A DNA stretch of 9,535 nt from Candidatus Auribacterota bacterium (GTDB lineage Bacteria; Auribacterota; UBA6266): positions 1-9,535 of the forward strand of contig JAGLRQ010000086.1 in assembly GCA_023136205.1 (NCBI GenBank), in the 5' to 3' direction. How positions within the stretch are numbered: position 1 is the stretch's first letter; every line of letters starts with the position of its first letter. The position numbers were made by a program, and so were the translations under genes. Positions 6,237 to 9,535 of the stretch are shown one piece after another. The notes under the pieces are model-generated. The model searched no databases. It was not told the DNA's origin and saw only the letters and a list, made by a program, of their open reading frames with translations.

Positions 6237-7667
6237 CTAATACCTTTTTAATACCAATAGTGTCATATCATCATGCTGGGCAACCCCCCCGGTAAAACGC
6301 GCAAGCCTGCCGTTGATATTTTTCCCAATATCCCCGGGATTCCCTCCGGAAGACACCGTAACAGCTTCTATAAGGTTCTCACGGCCAAATTCACGGCCCT
6401 GCGCGTTCATGGCTTCGGTTATTCCGTCAGTATATAACACGATTATATCATCTTTTGCCAGAGAAATAACCACTTCTTCCATATTTTCGGCAAATATTTC
6501 TCCGGCATCCACACCAACAACAATGCCATTGCCTTTAATAAGTTCGTGTTTGCTGCCTTTTTTAGATACATAGAGAATGGGCTCATGGCCGGCCCTGGCC
6601 GCAGTAAGGCAATGGTTTTTTACATCAAGAACCATATAAAGCACGGAAATAAACATATCCCTTTTCATATCACCAAATATTATTCGATTTAATTCGCAAA
6701 GCACAGCTTTCGGCGACCTATTCCCCTTCGCAATAACATTAAGTGTCCCCCTGCAGGTTGCCATCATTAGAGCCGCGGAAACACCTTTGCCGGAAACATC
6801 AGCTATAACTATGCCTACATGATCATCATCCACTTCGATAAAATCATAATAATCACCGCCAAGTTCAAGGGCCGCCTCGCTGAATGCGGATACTCCGAAA
6901 CCCTTCATTTCAGGAAATTTTTCAGGAAGAAGAAGATGTTGTATATCCCTTGCTATTTCAAGATCGTGGTCTATCCTCTTTTTCTCGGCAAGAGCATGGT
7001 AAAACTTTGCATTATTAATTGAAATTGAAGCCTGGTCCGCGAGGGCCGAGAAAAGAGAAAGATCTGTTGAACTAAACCTGCCCGACCATTTATTTACAAG
7101 TGCCATAACCCCGATAACTTCATCCTTTATTTTCACCGGAACAGCCATCATCGTTTCTACGCCAAGAATATTAGACTTAAGCTTTGGAATTCTTTCATCC
7201 TTGCTGCCGTCTTCAATCAGTATGGGCACTGCTTTTTGCGCCGCTTCGCCTATCACGCCAAAACCGTATGAAACTTTCTCCTTTTTAAGAATATTCTCCA
7301 GGTATTTTGTTTTTGTGGATACCTTGTCTGCCACAAGCCCGACATTTTCCGTCATAGGGGGGAATGTTCCTTCAACTATTCTGGCCTGAAGGTATTTACA
7401 TTCGGGATCTGACAGAAAGATAGCTCCCGCATTCGCGCCGACAAGATTAGTAGAGCATTTTATGATTTTCCTCAGGAGGTCATCCAGGCCAAGAGATTCT
7501 GTAAATGCTTCTCCTATATCCTGGAGAAAACACATCACAACTTCTTTTTCCTGAACCAGCGCTATTTTCTCTCTATTCAGAATTTTGTATTTCTTCCTCT
7601 CTAATATATAGAGGGCTATAAAAATAAAAGTTATAATAATCCAGAATATCTGAAAGGAATTTTTCAC
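6237..7667 (-). CDS. Membrane-anchored GAF-domain PP2C serine phosphatase (SpoIIE/RsbU family)
   Basis: 476 aa. A single N-terminal TM helix (FQIFWIIITFIFIALYIL, about aa 5-22) has almost no extracytoplasmic segment. A GAF-like region spans about aa 45-215 (LLRKIIKCSTNLVGANAGAIFL...VIGVMALVNK). The PP2C/SpoIIE motifs are IARDIQHLLLP, GGDYYDF, ADVSGKGVSAALMM, LYTDGITEA and HDDMTLLVLK. The start codon is GTG (7665-7667), which overlaps the upstream TGA as GTGA. Confidence 0.92.
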   Translation of the reverse strand: MKNSFQIFWIIITFIFIALYILERKKYKILNREKIALVQEKEVVMCFLQDIGEAFTESLGLDDLLRKIIKCSTNLVGANAGAIFLSDPECKYLQARIVEGTFPPMTENVGLVADKVSTKTKYLENILKKEKVSYGFGVIGEAAQKAVPILIEDGSKDERIPKLKSNILGVETMMAVPVKIKDEVIGVMALVNKWSGRFSSTDLSLFSALADQASISINNAKFYHALAEKKRIDHDLEIARDIQHLLLPEKFPEMKGFGVSAFSEAALELGGDYYDFIEVDDDHVGIVIADVSGKGVSAALMMATCRGTLNVIAKGNRSPKAVLCELNRIIFGDMKRDMFISVLYMVLDVKNHCLTAARAGHEPILYVSKKGSKHELIKGNGIVVGVDAGEIFAENMEEVVISLAKDDIIVLYTDGITEAMNAQGREFGRENLIEAVTVSSGGNPGDIGKNINGRLARFTGGVAQHDDMTLLVLKRY

Positions 7668-8170
7668 TTTTCTTTATCTTTCTTATCTTTTTTTATTGAA
7701 TCTTCCAGCGATTTTACAACAGCTTTAAATGATTTTCTGTTTTTATCATCTATTTTTACAAGTGCTTTATGGCTTTCAAGCATATGTTTTGCAACCCCTG
7801 TCGTCTTTGCCTCTTTAAAATTTAATTCTTTAAATTGAAATTTGTCAGAGAGTTCTTCAATTTGCTTCTCTAAGATAAAATTCATCAAACCGAGGGTGTT
7901 CAAAAGATTTCTTGTGTTTAAATTAAGATTGGCGAGATACATTGCCTTGCCTTCACGGGGTTTTAATATAAAACTCAATCCGGCAAGCATTCCCATAAAG
8001 GTACTGTCCATACTGACACATTCTTTTAAATCAAAGATGCAGATATTCGCATCTTTCTCAAGCCGGTCAAGAATGTATTCTTTGATCTCTTTACTGTGCT
8101 TAAAAGAGCCCCTGCCTGATATTCGGAGAACAAGACGCCTTCCGGAAAGCGCCGCTTGAATTTTATCCAA
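7664..8170 (-). CDS. Divergent STAS-fold protein with a ~65-aa Lys/Glu-rich C-terminal helical extension
   Basis: 168 aa. Residues 1-100 follow the STAS pattern: LVLRISGRGSFKHSKEIKEYI...ICIFDLKECVSMDSTFMGMLAGL...AMYLANLNLNTRNLLNTLGLMNFI. The DS of the DSSGLG motif is kept, but GLG is replaced by FMG. The tail reads KFQFKELNFKEAK...SLEDSIKKDKKDKEK. The start codon is TTG (8168-8170), with an AGAGGA Shine-Dalgarno about 10 nt upstream. There is no in-frame ATG until residue 54. The 4-bp GTGA overlap with the phosphatase gene supports that it is really coding. Confidence 0.7.
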   Translation of the reverse strand: MDKIQAALSGRRLVLRISGRGSFKHSKEIKEYILDRLEKDANICIFDLKECVSMDSTFMGMLAGLSFILKPREGKAMYLANLNLNTRNLLNTLGLMNFILEKQIEELSDKFQFKELNFKEAKTTGVAKHMLESHKALVKIDDKNRKSFKAVVKSLEDSIKKDKKDKEK

Positions 8171-8242
8171 AATTCACTTTTCCTCTATCATTCAAAAAAC
8201 TTAGTTTCAAGAACCACCAATTTTATCCGTACATTCTATAAA

Positions 8243-9535
8243 TCATTCGGAGTCATAGTCAATATAAAAAAGAGCTTTCATACCATTTTTTTTGCGGGAC
8301 ACTATTGCGCCCGCAACAAATACCGATACCGCTGCCACTAAAAATAATTTTACCGCTAAATTGTCCACAGTAAAAGAAAATCGCGCTGAAACCTCTGAAA
8401 AATAAATCAACGGCCTTATCAAAATTTCCAGGCTTTTTAAAAGAAAAACTGCAATACAGGAAGAAAGCAGTGAAATTATAAATGCGGCAAAACCCGCATT
8501 TATCAATAACGCCGCAACCAACACCACCGGAACATTAATAAAAGGGCTTAATAGATTAATAGTATTAAAATGCAACAGGATAACCGGAGCAGTAAAAACC
8601 CATATAACACAGGACATTTTAAACAGGCCCCATACAAAAACTGCAATTAACTGCAGTTTTCCAACATCGGCAGTTTGCTTTGACGGAACAGATTTAAAAT
8701 ATCTGGTATAAAACAAGATTCCTCCCACCGCACAGAAAGACAGTTGAAATGACGGCGTAAAAAGCGACAGCGGAGAAAACACGAGAATTATAATAACTGC
8801 CAAAGATAGGATATTGGCAAAATTTACGAACCGCCCCCTGAAAGATGCAATGAGAACAAGGCTCGCCATTATTCCCGCTCTCATGGCCGAAGTTGCAAAT
8901 CCGGTCAAAGCAATATAACACCATATAAAAAAACAGAGAAACAAAAGGGCCAGCATATTTCTTTTAAGCCCCAGGCATTTGACAATAAAATACAAACAAC
9001 CCGTAAGAACTCCGACATGTAATCCGGACACAGCCATAACATGGGATATTCCACCCTTCCTGAAAGAATTCTTTACACTGCGGCTAATATCCACTTTGCT
9101 GCCGGTCAGCATACCTCCCAAAACCGCGGACGATTCCGACTTAAATCCTTTATCCAGAAAATTCTCAATGCGGTTTTTCACCAGGCGGATCCCCGATAGA
9201 AAGAACGCGTTATTGACCATGTAATCAATTTTATTTCTTTCATTCACCCATATCACATATTTAAAAGCGGAAAACGGGAAACCTCTTGCTTTTTTTATAC
9301 TTCCGTCAAACTTTAACAAATCTCCATAATCCCATCGTGGACGGTAAGGCATATGCACATAAACAATTGCCCTGCCGTTACCCCTAAATGAAGCGTTTTC
9401 AAAACCTTTAATTACTCCGTCCATCGCAATTTTGAAGGAACCTTTTTCCATAAATTCAGAGTTGATAATCTTTCTAACACTGAAAACTACAGTGTCATAT
9501 TTATTAAAGAAAGGGTACCGGATCTGGGAAGATGA
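8243..9535 (-). CDS. comEC: ComEC/Rec2-family DNA internalization-related membrane protein, 5'-truncated by the window edge; no C-terminal metallo-beta-lactamase domain
   Basis: The competence-domain signature is GGISHVMAVSGLHVGVL, followed by multiple TM helices. The N-terminal part (NGRAIVYVHMPYRPRWDYGDLLKFDGSIKKARGF) resembles the DUF4131 OB-fold region. The ORF track starts at ATG 9449-9451. I translated upstream and the frame stays open to 9535 (...SSSQIRYPFFNKYDTVVFSVRKIINSEF-MEKG), so the true start is probably outside the window. The TGA stop is at 8243-8245. No HxHxDH motif is present. Confidence 0.88.
   Translation of the reverse strand, partial: SSSQIRYPFFNKYDTVVFSVRKIINSEFMEKGSFKIAMDGVIKGFENASFRGNGRAIVYVHMPYRPRWDYGDLLKFDGSIKKARGFPFSAFKYVIWVNERNKIDYMVNNAFFLSGIRLVKNRIENFLDKGFKSESSAVLGGMLTGSKVDISRSVKNSFRKGGISHVMAVSGLHVGVLTGCLYFIVKCLGLKRNMLALLFLCFFIWCYIALTGFATSAMRAGIMASLVLIASFRGRFVNFANILSLAVIIILVFSPLSLFTPSFQLSFCAVGGILFYTRYFKSVPSKQTADVGKLQLIAVFVWGLFKMSCVIWVFTAPVILLHFNTINLLSPFINVPVVLVAALLINAGFAAFIISLLSSCIAVFLLKSLEILIRPLIYFSEVSARFSFTVDNLAVKLFLVAAVSVFVAGAIVSRKKNGMKALFYIDYDSE

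Noticed and set aside
8159-8228. 10-mer AATTTTATCC occurring twice, at 8159-8168 and 8219-8228, around the STAS gene start
   Set aside because: One copy lies in the intergenic region and the other spans the TTG start and the first coding codons. By my rough estimate, a dispersed 10-mer repeat within about 100 bp is expected roughly once by chance in 9.5 kb of AT-rich DNA. The GTGAATAG x2 repeat at about 4664-4690 is rejected for the same reason.
1-9535. CRISPR arrays, tRNA/rRNA genes, transposases, integrases or IS inverted repeats
   Set aside because: I scanned by eye for regularly spaced repeats, T-loop GGTTCGAATCC-like motifs and recombinase-like ORFs on both strands and found none. The window looks like core chromosome rather than a mobile island.

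Overview
Low-GC (roughly 38-40% by eye) bacterial chromosomal segment. All ten supported genes lie on the minus strand. In transcription order (high to low coordinates) they are: (1) a ComEC/Rec2-family membrane channel gene whose 5' end runs off the window. (2) A compact four-gene partner-switching signalling cassette with no sigma factor gene: divergent STAS protein with a C-terminal tail, membrane-anchored GAF-PP2C (SpoIIE/RsbU-type) phosphatase, canonical STAS antagonist, and RsbW/SpoIIAB-type serine kinase. It is closed by two tandem intrinsic terminators. (3) A reduced heat-shock/translation operon grpE-dnaJ-rsmE-mtaB, which matches the distal part of the Bacillus-type dnaK operon but lacks hrcA, dnaK, prmA and any CIRCE operator. 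(4) A 453-bp noncoding gap holding a sigma70-like promoter, a perfect tandem 10-mer and a terminator-like hairpin. (5) Two tandem paralogous genes for small secreted proteins that look like stand-alone CBM4/9-type beta-sandwich domains; the second runs off the window start and is absent from the ORF track. I found no tRNA, rRNA, CRISPR array, transposase or integrase. All plus-strand ORFs in the track look like antisense shadows. The most interesting items are the sigma-less partner-switching cassette sitting where hrcA normally sits, its atypical first STAS gene, and the possibly RNA-encoding 453-bp gap. None of these is demonstrably a new system from sequence alone.
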